A DNA stretch of 64,000 bases from Octopus sinensis (Eukaryota). The number at the start of each line of letters is the position of its first letter. Position 1 is the stretch's first letter. The stretch covers positions 20,460,001-20,524,000 of the forward strand of contig NC_043006.1 in NCBI RefSeq assembly GCF_006345805.1, read 5' to 3'. The notes under the pieces were generated by a model. It had not been told where the DNA came from. It worked only from the letters and a program-made list of their open reading frames with translations, and ran no database searches. Below, in pieces: positions 40,495 through 52,055 of the stretch. The translations under genes and the position numbers were made by a program.

Positions 40495-40690
40495 AGTTAA
40501 TCCAAACAAGAAAGTACAAAAAAACAACAACGCGAGGACGTGGAACAAATATAGTATTATTGGACGCTCAGGAAAGAAGGAGGTTTTATCGTTTCGAGCG
40601 GAACTCTTCGTCAGAAACATAGGAGAAGGAAAGATCCAGAGAAGGGATGACAGAGGAAAAAAAATCGCCAACGGTACACACGAGGTCACA
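40495..40690 (-). mobile_element. Penelope-like terminal-repeat module, second subfamily
   Basis: Hammerhead followed by tcctgagcg...aatac as in the other two modules; 3' end abuts (TA)n. Confidence 0.5.
40583..40618 (-). ncRNA. Minimal type I hammerhead ribozyme motif with intact catalytic core
   Basis: GTTT-CTGACGA-A-GAGT-tcc-GCTC-GAA-ACGAT-A-AAAC: stem I GTTT/AAAC, CUGANGA, stem II, GAAA, and an NUH site (AUA). Confidence 0.7.
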
Positions 40691-40778
40691 AGATAACAAA
40701 GAAGAAAGAGACATCAATATTATGTAAATAGAGGAAATTTATCAGTAAAATAATATGTGACAATTATTCGGTAGCCAA

Positions 40779-40830
40779 GATAAAACTGAGTTTCGGATGC
40801 CGAGGTGGAAATCCACAACACCATCTCTTC
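40779..40830 (-). ncRNA. 5'-truncated hammerhead-like motif between 27-bp inverted repeats
   Basis: GAAGA-GATG...CATC-C-GAA-ACT(C)AGT-T-TTATC. The CU of the core is replaced by the inverted-repeat junction. Confidence 0.45.
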
Positions 40831-41525
40831 GCTACCGAATAATTGCCACATATTATTTCATATATATATATATATAAACCACCATATATTTACAATACAC
40901 ATTAATCAGAATATGGTGCTATACGGTCAATGATTAGAAAATATCCTCTCCTTATAAATAACTTCAAACTTTGCTTAACCAACTGCATTTTAAAGTCTTC
41001 AGCATTTCACAAAGACGTTAAACCCACTCAAGCATCACAAACACAAACACATACAAACGCGCGCTGAGGAATTTTAGAGTTATTTCCCATTTCCATTTTC
41101 TCCTCAAATTTTAGAATTTGTTGCTGCATAATATAATTTAAAAATTTTTTGTATATTTTCAGTAAGAAATTCATAACGCTCTAGATATACATGGACAGAA
41201 CTGCCAACTAAAAATTACGTTTTGCAAGTATTTATGACATAATTATTTACAAAACATGTTTGAAGACTACTGTGAGGAGAACAATGCCTACCATTAATTT
41301 TAGGGACCACATTATCACAGGGGGATTGAAAATATGGAGGAGAAACCTACTCTGCAGAAGCAAGAAAAGTGGCAGGTATTCACAGTAAAAAATTATATCT
41401 CCATTCAAATGTTTACATGTCCTGACTGATACTGCATATCAAAAATCAAGATGTATTGTCAGCAGAGGGTCTGTGATTAGAGATGGTTGTCATTGGATTC
41501 AAAGGACAAGTCTAAGACGGATGTA

Positions 41526-41737
41526 CGAGGGAGTGCTGAAAAGTTCCTGGTTTTAAGGGTATTGCAAAAGGCCTGGTTGGAGGCCTATTCTGAGTTCTTT
41601 TACAGGGCTTAGAAAACCTGAAGGACTGCTGCAATAAGTGTGTGAATCTGGGAGGGGAATATGTTCAATAGTCATAACTAACTGATCCTCCTGTATTTTC
41701 TTTTACCTAAAGCCAGGAACTTTTCAGAACACCCTCA
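41526..41737 (+). mobile_element. Mariner-derived MITE, 212 bp
   Basis: TA|CGAGGGAGTGCTGAAAAGTTCCTGG ... CCAGGAACTTTTCAGAACACCCTCA|TA; the interior keeps CNKCVNLGGEYVQ*, a mariner C-terminal remnant. Confidence 0.88.
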
Positions 41738-43973
41738 TATAATAAAATAATATATGACAGGGAGAGGCTACTGGGACCTTTAGCTTGTGAAGTCTGTATA
41801 TTCTAGCATTCAAAAATAATTGTTTCTACACAGAGGGTTTGGCAAAGAAATTCGATAGTTTTCAAAATAGTTCTAGTGGTGATGGTCACATTCGGTGGTG
41901 CAGAATAGCACATTTCAAATGCTTGTGTGGCAGAGATATTTAAGTTTTCCTTCTTTATTCTTTAAAGTGGTTACCTGACTATTCAAATGTAGTAAAACAT
42001 TTGAATTTTCATGTGGGCAGTGACAGAAAAGTGCCTTGTCAGAATGCAATATACAATATTGTTTGAACTAGAAAACTTCAGGTTCACCAATTTTTCGGCA
42101 TCATAAAAAAATTGCATCAGGAGACATGTATATTGTATGAATATCAGAAAATATTGAGTCATGAGGTGGATGTTAAGTAAACATTTTTTGCTGTTCTGCA
42201 TCAAGGCATAACTTTGCACTACACACTGCAGATCACAGTGTACAACCTACAAAGCCCACAGCTTTAAATTTCTGCACTTATAAGGTTACAACTAAGCAAG
42301 AACTAAATCACCATGAGTGGAAAAGCTAGAAAACATTTGCTAAAGAAAAAAAGAAAACCTGATTATAGTGTGAGCAGATTACATGGTTCTTTTTATGAGT
42401 GATAAAGAGTGCATTTCCATTTGTCTGTGTAAACAAGCAAAAAGTTTTTTAGTAGATAGACAGCAATCTATGACAACTTCATGTTTTGTTCCCCTCTACT
42501 ATAAATATGTAACAGTGAGGTTCTGCATGTGAAACTTGAGTGTAATAAGTTTATATTTCTTTGATGAGGTCAGACCTGCGACGTTCTTTCTCCAGAATTG
42601 AACAAACACAATATTAGTACGTGACATATGGATTCAAGAAAACAGAGTAACCACCTATGCAAAAAAGAGCGTCAATGTATGCTATTAAAGAAATGCTTCT
42701 CAAGCCACACAATTCCCTGGAGTGGTGACATGCCAAGGCTTGCTTAATCACCTGATATTATAGTTTATGATTATTTTTTTCTGGAGCTACCTCAAAGAGA
42801 AAGTGTTCAGTAATAAACAGCACACTCCACACAAACTAAAAGCTGTTGTTCCTTAGGAAATTAAAGCATTACCTTAAGACATGATCTGATTAAGACATAA
42901 TATGCAACACAAAACTTCTAGGCAAGGCTAAAAATATATTTGCATGAAACAATGGAAAGCATTTGGATGCATTTATTTTTGAGACTAAACAGTTCTTATA
43001 GAGGAAGGGCTATGCCCAAGACCTTATAGGCCCTGTAAGAATGGTAATATCAATGCAGTACACTTGGATTATATAAAACCCCAATACCATCATACAAAAT
43101 ATTCAATATGCGTTTGAGAGTCAGACAAAGATATTGGAGTAAATAAGGAAGAAAAATCTCATAGGTGTCACTCACAAGCAAGTATCCCTGGTAGCTTACA
43201 CCGTGCTTTTGCAAATAGTTTCAAGTGCCTATGAAGTCATGAGCAGACATACACACCTTCTCAACCCTCCCAATCTTGATCCAGTAAAACATCAAGGATG
43301 TGGCAGCTGGCAAGAGAGAGAGAGAGAGAGAGAGCTGCACCAACACTAAGTTGGCCCTAGTTTGCAACTAAGTAGAGTGGAAAAAAAGACTTGCTGAAAA
43401 AAAAGTCTTGCTCTCTCTCCAGCCCAGGAACTAAACCCATGGCCTTGTAATCATGAACCCAACATCCTATCTATGAAGGTACACACATTCTGGTTAGACA
43501 GTCAATGACAAAAAAAATTTATAAAAGAAATCACACACACACAAAAAAAAAAAACAACACTGCAGTATTTCCAGTGAAATCTTTTAAAATGAAAGATTTG
43601 TTGGAGTCCCAAGTGACTTCATAAGACTAATAATGAACTGCAAAGAGAAGTAAATTTTTTTTGTGGTATCAGGTACCGATCTATTGCAGAGAAAAATTCT
43701 GAGAACAGCTTATGTATATCCCCAGGCACATCTTTCATCTAATCTTCCCTATCTTTCTTGTGAGGAGAATATCAGATAAAAAAAAAACCTATCAGCATCA
43801 TAGTGTAGAAGACCAGAATAAAAATTAGGAGAAGAAGAAGAGGAAACAAGCAAAATCATAAATAAACAAAAAAATAAAGATTGGTTGATCAAATTTTCTG
43901 AAGATTCTCAGAAAGGATAAAAGGAACTTTGGGCAGAATATGAGAAGAGTGGGAATAAATAAGTCTGACTTAC

Positions 43974-44088
43974 TTCGGTATCCGTATCTTCATCCATTTT
44001 TAGTCGGGCGATGACCTGTAGCAATTGCTTTCTGGTTTGTGGATCAGTGACCTGACAACTTTCAAGAAGGTCATCCTCGGTGAGAGTC
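43974..44088 (-). CDS. Coding exon completing the SAM-like domain (R-TLTEDDLLESCQVTDPQTRKQLLQVIARLKMDEDTDTE)
   Basis: Acceptor cttttag|G and donor GAA|GTAAGT. The first G completes the AG|G Arg codon left by the 53542 exon. 115 nt = 1 + 38 codons. The joined peptide fits the SAM pattern (L..L...GL......F....I..F..LTEDDL......D...RK.LL..I..L). Confidence 0.88.
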
Positions 44089-44301
44089 CTAAAAGATTCA
44101 ATGTTATACATCAGTTAACCCTTTAAATTTTCAGATTACTCTGTCAAATGTAATGAGATTTTTTAGTCATATTGTTTATATAAATCATGCGTTATCTTGT
44201 AGTCACGGAATTTTGATGATGTGTGCTATGCAGTGAGTTAGAAGCTGTGACCATGAGGTTGCGAAACAAACCCAATACCCATAAATTTGTGTTTGCGTGT
44301 A

Positions 44302-44347
<46 letters not shown>

Positions 44348-44386
44348 GAGAGAGATGCATGTACATTTATACATACATACATATAT

Positions 44387-44805
44387 CATCATCATCATTT
44401 AGCGTCCGCTTTCCATGCTAGCATGGGTTGGACGGTTCAACTGGGGTCTGGGAAACCAGAAGGCTACACCAGGCCCAGTTTGATCTGGCAATGTTTCTAC
44501 GGCTGGATGCCCTTCCTAACGCCAACCGCTCCATGAGTGTAGTAGGTGCCTTTTATGTGCCACCGGCACAGGTACCAGAAGAGTCTGGCAAACGGCCACG
44601 ATTGGATGGTGGTATGCTGGTCGCACGTAAAAAGCACCTACTACACTTTTGGAGTGGTTGGCATTAGGAAGGGCATCCAGCTGTAGAAAGATTGCCAGAT
44701 CAGATTGGAGTCTGGTGCAGCCACTGGCTCTCCAGGCCGCAGTCAAACCACCCAACCCATGCCTGCATGGAAAACGGACATATGATGATGATGATGATGA
44801 TGTAT
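44387..44805. mobile_element. Two family C 3' ends in inverted orientation
   Basis: Left arm (CAT)n-tttagcgtccgc... at 44387-44575 and right arm ...ggaaaacggacatat(GAT)n at 44622-44805. Confidence 0.85.
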
Positions 44806-46231
44806 CTATGTTCATATGCTGTGGGAAGATAAGTTATTAAAACTGTAAATTTTTATTATTACCCAATAAACCAGTTATATTTTATGGAATTGATTTTCCT
44901 CAAATCATTGAATCAAGGTGAGATATGTTGTCGGTCGTCAGTCGATTTAAGCTAAGTACTGCACAAGTTGAAACATGAAGTCTGTTCTTTTACCAGAACA
45001 TGAGGTGTCTGTTTATGTAAGATTTACATTGGTGAGAGAGAGAGAGAGAGAGAGAGAGATAGTGAGTACCTGGTAATGAAGTGATTATCAGGGGAGACAG
45101 AGAGAGAGAGAGAGAGTGAGGGAGGGAGATAGATAGACAAAGAGAAAGGCAGAGAGGTAAAAGAAAGGGAGATTTCTTTAATTAGGAACAAAATTCACTT
45201 TAAGTTTGAAGGGAACAAATTCAGTTTTCTTAATCCTACCCATCCCCGATTTCAGAGGATATTACCAGAATTTTATCAATGTCGGAGGGATGAATCGAAA
45301 CCTTTACCAAACTCATGGTTTTTAGCAGAGAATGTTGAGGTGACATTTTTGTGTTGAACATTTTGTGAAGAAACACCAATAAATCTTTGTCATTCTTTTA
45401 GTTTCTAAAGATTCAAAATTAAAACTGATACAAAAGAAAAATAAAACACACATACATACATACATACATGGAAAACAAACAAATATATTAAACTGCAGTG
45501 AATAAAAGAGCAAAAAGCCAATGGAAAATGAAAAAAAAAAAAAAAAACCAAGAACGCAGTACATCTAAGGGAGGTAAGGGAGTATTTCTAAAGGAGCACA
45601 TATTTTGTTCTGTTTGACAGAGCCAAACAATTCAATGTAAAGAACTAGACATCTCCTTCAATTATTGCAATGAAGGGGTGGGGGTTGAGTGAGTAGAAGA
45701 AGAGGGGGAGGGAGAGGTGTGTGTATAGAATAAGTTGAGACAGTTTTGAGAGAACAAAGAATGAAATTGAGATAAAGAAACAGACAAAACCCCCAGCTAC
45801 TTCCATGCACAGTGAAATAGATGGATCGATGGGTGTATGCAACTTTCTATAGACAACAGCTGCATTGTCGTTTATAAAGAAGCATGCACACACATGCATA
45901 CAACCTTTACACACACATACACACACACACACACATTTATATAACCTTTAGGAAAACACATACATAAATATAAACACATTTATATATATATACACCCCTC
46001 GTGCACACACATATACAAATAATATATATACACACAAACAAACCTTTATAAACTCCTTACACACATGCACACATACTTACACATACCATATATACAGTAA
46101 TTTGAAAATGCAGGTATGCAGCCTCATATAATGTGCACACACACACACACACACACACACCACACACACACACACATGGAACAGAATGCAGATGCAAAAG
46201 AATGCATGAATGCACGCACACTCTTGCAAAG

Positions 46232-46266
<35 letters not shown>

Positions 46267-47019
46267 TATAATCAAATATGCACATAAAACAACGAAGTCT
46301 TCACATACATACACAAACATACACACAAGCAAAGAACACATACATACATACATACAAGGCAACTATACAAAATGAACAAAAGCACACATACACACACACA
46401 CAGCTTTCATTTTATTAAATAAAAAGCTTATTGCTATCACCATCGCCACCACCACCACTACCCCACCCACCCACCACCCACCCGTTTCGCCATCGCCACT
46501 TTTATCATCACCATCATCATCAGCTCCCACCCCCATCACCACCCTCACGTAATAATGTGTTGAAGAAAGTATCTTTCATCGGCATTCATTTCCTGGCAGA
46601 ATTATTCTACAAGTGTTGTAGGTCTCCACAAAACAGATTTGGTAGCAATGAGGCATTGTGGGATATATTGACAGGTGTATGTGTATGTGAGAGAGAGAGA
46701 GACTGATGGGGGTGGGGCTGCCGACTGGAAGGGAAATGGAGCCGGTGTAGCAGGTGAGGAGGGAAAGAACTCTGCAGAACTCAAGGACACCTGAATGCGA
46801 TGATGATGATGATGTAAATAATTTAAAAAATCAAAGTGCTGAGATTACATTGCGATGATGCTATCAAGTTTTCTGTTTACTACAGATTATGATGATGATG
46901 ATGATGATGCTAGCACTATTACAACAGACCTTGAAATCACAAGTTCAAACCTTGATGGTAGAGGTAATTTATGTGTAATAACATATATACATGTAAGTGT
47001 ATGTGTGTATCGTTAGCCA

Positions 47020-47190
47020 CTACACACATTTTTTTCTCTCCTTGATTTTTCTGTGTACCTTTCTGAAGAAGAGCATAGGTTCGAAACATAAAAGACTTTT
47101 TCTATTCCTGAGCGTTATACCAATACATCTGTTTGTTTTGTACACCACCTGTCTTCATCTTTTGTTTCTTTTTCGTAAACTCTCCCTACA
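47020..47190 (+). mobile_element. Penelope-like terminal-repeat module carrying a hammerhead motif
   Basis: Homologous to 32200-32407; ends in (TA)n. Confidence 0.55.
47059..47094 (+). ncRNA. Minimal type I hammerhead ribozyme motif (core intact, stem III palindrome ACGT changed to ACAT)
   Basis: CTTT-CTGAAGA-A-GAGC-atag-GTTC-GAA-ACAT-A-AAAG. Confidence 0.65.
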
Positions 47191-47220
47191 TATATATACA
47201 TGGTTCTGCGACAGGGTCAA

Positions 47221-47490
47221 TCATCATCATCATCATTTAGCGTCCGCTTTCCATGCTAGCATGGGTTGGACGGTTCAATTGGGGGTCTGGGAAGCCAGAA
47301 GGCTGCACCAGGCCCAGTCTGATCTGGCAATGTTTCTATGGCTGGATGCCCTTCCTAACGCCAACCACTCCGTGAGTGTAGTGGGTGCTTTTTATGTGCC
47401 ACCGGCACAGCTGCCAGACGGGGCTGGCAAACGGCCACGGTTGGATGGTGATTTTTATGTGCCACCGGAATGGGGGCCAGGCGAGGCTGA
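47221..47490 (-). mobile_element. Family C repeat 3' portion
   Basis: Highly similar to 44387-44610. Confidence 0.85.
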
Positions 47491-47971
47491 TTTGCTGACC
47501 CTTGCCCAAGACGCAGGAAGAGAAAAAAAACAACCCAAAAAACAATACAAAAACGTTTAATTGATGTAATATAAACACAGAAGCTCAAAACCTACAAAGA
47601 GCAAAAAAAAAAAAAAACCAAGAACGTTAGTAGATCCACCAATCCAGACAAACAAACACTTTATGACAGGCATGTGGATTAGAATGGTGGCTCTATTGGT
47701 AAAACATGAGAAATATAATTTACATATTTAATTGGAAGGTTTATACTGAAGTACAACAGTTGAGAGATTTTGGAGGGAAAGTATGAGAAGAGACGCTTAA
47801 TGAATGGAGAATGGGTATTTTTAGGTTTGTCGCAAACAATAAGTGAATCGCAACAGGTTTTTATAGCCTTGGACAACACAACGTGACTCAAATGGGGAGG
47901 TGAACATAAAAGAAGATTCAGTATTATTATTATTATTATTATTATTGTTGTTACCAGTACAACTACTAATG

Positions 47972-48006
<35 letters not shown>

Positions 48007-48440
48007 TGTCTTCACCTGTATGACAAATTTATAAATCATTATCATCATCATTATTTGTCCTTGCCCTTATGACAAAGAAATCATCACTGTTATCATTGTT
48101 GTTGTTGTTGCTGTTATTGTTGTTACTATTATTATTGCCATTCTTACAAGTGAATAACTGAAAAAAAAACACCCCAAAAAACTTAACAGTCATAGTTCTT
48201 TTTGTTGTTGTTGTTGCGTTTACTTATGAAATCAACAGATTTATTGAAAGGACATAAGTACACGTGAGATGAGAGGGGGGCAATATAACTGGTTTTACAG
48301 AAAATAACACAAATACACACTTGTACAAAATACTTCTTTCCCTACCACCAACCAAACTGACTTCTCGAGAAGCATGAAATGTTTGGCTGAAGACATTAAG
48401 CCACTGACCAATGGACAATATCATTTGCTTGTCTGTTTAA

Positions 48441-48724
48441 CCCTTTTGATATAAATCTGGCTGAAACCGGCTCTGACTCTGAGTACAAATGTCTTGTTTT
48501 CATAAGTTTTGAATTAAAATCTTCCTCCAAACTTAGTCACAATTTATGTTCCTAAAACTAGCTGAATAACAACCAAGGATATTAGGAAAATATCTTAGTT
48601 ATCATTCAGCTAGTGTTAGGAACATATAAATTGTGACTAAGGTTTGGTGGAAGATTTTAATTCAAAACTTATGAAAACAAGACATTTGTAGCCAGAGCCA
48701 GAGATGGTTTCATCTGGGTTGGTT
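48441..48724. mobile_element. Palindromic derivative of MITE family 1 (two copies of the same end, inverted)
   Basis: TTAA|CCCTTTTG... left arm, centre gatatt-aggaa-aatatc, inverted arm ending gggttgg|TTAA. Confidence 0.85.
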
Positions 48725-49774
48725 AAAGCTTTATCTGTTTCAAGATCCACTGTCTCAAGAAAAAGGCAGGTTATTTCAACAAGAACAGAGTAATGAAAGA
48801 GTTAAATGATTTATGATTGATCAAATTTCTCATCTGATCAGTTATTCAGGCAGCAGAGCCACCTCATTAACACCATGAATATGTGTGTGTGTGTGTGTGT
48901 GAGAGCATGCTAATTAATTCTTGAGTAAATTAATAATCCCATTACATGATATGACTCCTCTGTCTGTCTGTCTCTCTCTCTCTCTCTGACCAACTTTCCT
49001 GGGTGGATCAGTGAGGATTTATACGCAAGTTAATCCATGCCTGCCATAGTTAAAATTTCACTCTGCCTTCCATATCTGTCTTAAGATTGAAGATTAAACA
49101 TCATCACCATCACCACCATTACTCACCCTCCTCCTCCTCCTCCATCTGAGTATGCTACCATCGTTAGTTAAGTTTATGTTCTTCCTTGGAAATGCAGCTG
49201 CCTGTCTCAGCATTCACATAAGATGCCAGCCCGGAGGCAATAGGCTCTCATTATCTAAAGTGTAACATTACATAGCTCTTACACACACACATATTTATAT
49301 ACATATTAACATATCCCTTACACATGCCTACACACACACACACACATGCATCTGGGCCTTCTCCTCACGATCAAAACTTCCTCCGGTCTAACATCATTAC
49401 CTAATGTCATAAAGTGGATTATTACTGGGTCAGGGTGTGGCTTAGCTATTAATCCACAACCACCACCACCACATCCACCACTGCCACATCCACCACTACC
49501 TCTATCATTACAGAAATCACACTTACTAGCAACGAATACTACCACACACTATAAATTCTTTTCGAGCAGAGAAAATGTATGATAAGAGGAAGAGTTGCAA
49601 TTGATGACAGATAATGAGAGATGGAACGAAAAGTGAGAGAGAGAGAGAAACAGACAGAGACAGAGAGGTAGGGGGGGGATGAAAGGGAAATGAAAAGGGA
49701 CAGTGGGACCATCACGTGCAAATGCAGCAATTAAGGTCCAAGAACACTAACAAACTTTTAATTAATTTTAATTT

Positions 49775-50110
49775 AATTTTTGGGGCTCAAAAAGCAAAAA
49801 GCAAGGCCATGTAGGGGGACATGGAGTTATGTACAGGGAGGGTGTTCATGCAAAGAGTTCAATTTTTGGGGCTCAAGAAGCAAAAGCAAGGCCATGTAGG
49901 GGGACATGGAGTTATGTACAGGGAGGGTGTTCATACAAAGAGTTCAGGCCATTTCTGGTCAAGAGAGAGACTTTGAACCGAGCGGTCGTCGGCAATCTTC
50001 ACTATCTCGTCCGGCAGCTTATTCCACGGATCCACAACCCGGACGGAGAAAGCCCCCTCTCCTTCGATTGAGATGAAATCGTCGCAGATAGAGCTTTTCG
50101 GAGTGACCCC
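49775..50110 (-). mobile_element. CR1/L2-like LINE 3' fragment with tandemly duplicated 3' UTR
   Basis: GAFSVRVVDPWNKLPDEIVK, then after a frameshift RFKVSLDQKWPELFV*, matches FS.RV...WN.LP..IV......FK..LD. An 85-86-bp duplication lies at 49775-49860 and 49861-49945. Confidence 0.85.
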
Positions 50111-50689
50111 CACAGCCCACGCTCCGTAGCAGTCAGTATAATTATAGTTCAGAGAAACCCTGGAATCCAGATTTAGCAATGTGTCCCTTTTCTAAGGTAG
50201 TAGAGTGTGATTTGCAATTTGAGGGAATTTAGCTGCTATTACTAGCATGTCGACCAACAACACAGAGGCTCTCTCATTGGCTGGCTCAACAAGTTCTTAA
50301 TTGAGTCAATGAAATCACAAGAGCTGAGCTTCAGAAATCCTGTCATAAAGGGAAGTAACTCATCTAAAGACCTATCTACAGCTACTTGTTGCTCTTCGAT
50401 CTGAGGAACTTCCGTTAAGAGATTGGACCAAAACCATACTTTTAAAAGAGCAGTGACAGTTCCAAGCTAACTCCCAGAATTCTTTCCTATGTACGCATGC
50501 AGATGCCGTAACAATTAACCTACTTCTGAGTTGGCAATCAGCTGGTTTGTTATAAAACCGTTTGGCACCTTGCCTTAGTTACCAGGAATTCTATGTGTGT
50601 GTGTGTGTGTGTGTGTGTAGGGGCACTTCGATTGGCCACATAAAACACAGGAAGGGAATATACCAACCAACCAACCAACCTGAAAAATA

Positions 50690-51425
50690 TAGATACGGTA
50701 ATGGTAGCTGTGGTTGCATTTGTAGTCATAGTACTGTTGTTGTGGTGGTGAAGGTTGTAGTAGTGATAATAGTGGTGATGGTAACTGTAACAGTAGTGGT
50801 AAGGGTTGTTGTGGTAGTATAGGTGGTAGTAGTTGTATAATGGATAAGGCAGTTTCTCGTGCAATAATATTAATGGTAGTAGTAGTAGTTGTAGTAGTAG
50901 TAGTGACGATAATTGTGATGGCTGTGGTGGTGGTGGTAGTTTTAATATTGATGATAGTTTTAATGGCTGTAGTAGTAGTGGTGGTAGTGATAGTTGTAAT
51001 GACAGAAGCAGTAGTAGTAGCGGTGGTGGTGGTGGTGGTAGTTGTAGTGATGATAGTTGTAATGGCAGTATAGGCAGGTGATGTCAGAGGTAAAGTTAAC
51101 ACTGACAAGGTTTGAACTGGGTAAAAAAAACGAAGAGAATTACACTTGATTATTATAAAAAGTACTTTACACCCAACACAACCACCACCACCACCACCAC
51201 CACGATTGCACTAATCAACCCACCCACCTACACCACCACCAACACCACTATTATCATCGACATCATCGTCATAAACCTCGCCACTAATACTACCACTATT
51301 ATCATCGACATCATCGTCATAAACCTCGCCACTACTACTACCACTATTATCCTCATCACCACTACTACTACTACTACTACCAAGACCACCACCGCCGCCG
51401 CCACCACCACCACCACCACCACCAT
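50690..51425. repeat. Opposed trinucleotide blocks: (GTG/GTA)-rich 50690-51070 and (ACC/ACT)-rich 51175-51425, including a 48-bp tandem unit
   Basis: accactattatc at 51244, 51292 and 51340. Confidence 0.85.
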
Positions 51426-51828
51426 GCTGATTATAAAACATTAGTTCATCTGACAACAACAACAAAACCCCTGCCATCAAAGAGATGACTGACCGATTTT
51501 GAAATCCAGTACAGCTGGGTGTGAACTGAAGCAAATATAAACATAAGACAGACAAGAAGCTGCACACACACACACACACACACACACATGTACGATCTAA
51601 AATTACAAGCAATAATAACAACAACAACAACAGCAACACCTGCCAAAGATAATTCTGCGATGCATATTTTTTATGTTGTATAACTGTGTCTGACCTCACA
51701 AATAGAGTAAAGAGGTGAGGTGCAAGGGGGAGAGAGAGAGAGGGAGGGAGAGAGGATGATGGAATAGCAAAATCGTCATCATTTAACGTCTGCTTTCCAT
51801 GCTGGCATGGGTTAGACGGTTTGACCAG

Positions 51829-52055
51829 AGCTGGCAGAAACGTTAGCACACCGGGCGAAATTCGTAGCCGTATTTCGTCTGCTGCTACGTTCTGAGTTCC
51901 AATTCCGCCAAGGTCGACTTTGCCTTTCATCCTTTCGGGGTCGATTAAATAAGTACCAGTTACGCACTGGGGTCGATATAATCGACTTAATCCATTTGTC
52001 TGTCCTTGTTTGTTCCTTCTATGTTTAGCCCCTTGTGGGTAGTAAAGAAATAGGT
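51829..52055 (+). mobile_element. SINE family B nested in a family C repeat, 14-bp TSD
   Basis: ttgaccagagctgg at 51821-51834 and ttgactagagctgg at 52056-52069. Confidence 0.92.

Noticed and set aside
50562-51930. Poly-T/V/G ORFs up to 239 aa
   Set aside because: Trinucleotide microsatellites fused to SINE sequence.
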